Made by a program: the position numbers and the translations under genes. From Thermoproteus sp. (GTDB taxonomy: Archaea > Thermoproteota > Thermoprotei > Thermoproteales > Thermoproteaceae): a stretch of DNA of 16,932 bases. Positions within the stretch are counted from its first letter, which is position 1, and every line of letters begins with the position of its first letter. Location: contig JBMFIG010000029.1 of assembly GCA_049976425.1 (NCBI GenBank), positions 1-16,932 of the forward strand, in the 5' to 3' direction. Shown here piece by piece: positions 16,074 to 16,932 of the stretch. The notes under the pieces are model-generated. The model did no database searches and had not been told where the DNA came from. It worked only from the letters and a program-made list of their open reading frames with translations.

Positions 16074-16586
16074 TAGCTACGTTCAGTAAGCATCGCGCCT
16101 TCATCCATGTGGCCGAGGCGGCGCCTCGGCCGAATCATCTTCATGTTCCCCCGATGTCCCCTCCTGGGGCTAGCCCGGGCGGGGGCGCGGGGGAGAAAAC
16201 CCCACGCCGCCGTACGCGCGCGGAGTCCGGGGTGGTCCCGCCCCCGAGGGCGGCCTGCGGCCGCTCTCGAAACCGGTTGATCCTGCCGGACCTGACCGCT
16301 ATCGGGGTGGGGCTAAGCCATGCGAGTCGCGCGCCCGGGGCGCCGGGCGCGGCGCACGGCTCAGTAACACGTGCCCAACCTACCCTCGGGAGGGGGACAA
16401 CCCCGGGAAACTGGGGCTGATCCCCCATAGGGGAAGGGCGCTGGAAGGCCCCTTCCCCCAAAGGGATCTCGGGCGATCTCCCGGGATCCGCCCGAGGATG
16501 GGGGCACGGCCCATCAGGTTGTTGGCGGGGTAACGGCCCGCCAAGCCGAAGACGGGTAGGGGCGGTGAGAGCCGTGAGCCCCGAGA

Positions 16587-16620
<34 letters not shown>

Positions 16621-16645
16621 TGCAGCAGGCGCGAATACTCCGCAA

Positions 16646-16932
16646 ATGGGGGACGGCCGGCTCGCCATGGGCTACGTATTCGACCTCAGCCCCGTGGTTT
16701 ACTCCAAATTCGACCGTAGACGGGGCATAAAGATACCGGAAAAACCGTCAGAGAGTCTAGCCGAGGAGGTCGCCGTACACCTAGGCGACGGCTACCTCTT
16801 CTACGACGCCGAAGACCACAGCTACAGATACGGCATCGGCCTAAACCCAAAAACCGAGGCGGACTACGCCGAAGCGGTAGCTGACTTGCTCGGAGAAGTG
16901 TATGGCTACAGACCGCCGGTAAGAAACGCGAG
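16646..16932 (+). mobile_element. Archaeal rRNA intron at 16S position 374 (E. coli numbering), partial
   Basis: After ...TACTCCGCAA the expected TGCG...GCGACGGGG continuation is replaced by unrelated protein-coding sequence. Position 374 is a known intron locus in Thermoproteales. Boundary accurate to about 1 nt. Confidence 0.9.
16667..16932 (+). CDS. Intron-encoded LAGLIDADG homing endonuclease, 3'-truncated by the window end
   Basis: Manual translation [88 protein letters not shown]...; [12 protein letters not shown] is the LAGLIDADG helix. An alternative in-frame ATG lies at 16646. Confidence 0.88.
   Translation, partial: MGYVFDLSPVVYSKFDRRRGIKIPEKPSESLAEEVAVHLGDGYLFYDAEDHSYRYGIGLNPKTEADYAEAVADLLGEVYGYRPPVRNA

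Noticed and set aside
14838-16076. 412-aa plus-strand ORF
   Set aside because: It is the antisense shadow of dihydroorotase; such long shadows are expected at high GC3, and it has no recognisable motifs.

Overview
GC-rich chromosomal window from a hyperthermophilic crenarchaeon of the Thermoproteaceae (Thermoproteus/Pyrobaculum-like, judged from the 16S 5' sequence, the tRNA intron positions and many leaderless genes). From left to right: the 3' end of a lower-GC hypothetical gene that runs into a tRNA-Thr(UGU) carrying two non-canonical BHB introns (29/30 and 51/52); a translationally coupled radical SAM + HhH-GPD glycosylase pair; two divergent hypothetical genes; a secreted Lon-like S16 protease; a probable C/D-box sRNA; sirtuin + DUF123 GIY-YIG nuclease; a degenerate MBL-fold protein; a hypothetical gene; divergent thermopsin and S53 secreted proteases; a stand-alone Lrp/AsnC ligand-binding domain; a YhhQ-type preQ0/Q-precursor transporter; futalosine-pathway menaquinone genes (mqnD, mqnA, mqnE, mqnC, with no mqnB/MTAN); dihydroorotase; and the start of the 16S rRNA gene. 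The 16S gene is interrupted after E. coli position 374 by an intron encoding a LAGLIDADG homing endonuclease that is missing from the ORF track and truncated by the window end. Family calls come from motif recognition only; no database searches were run.
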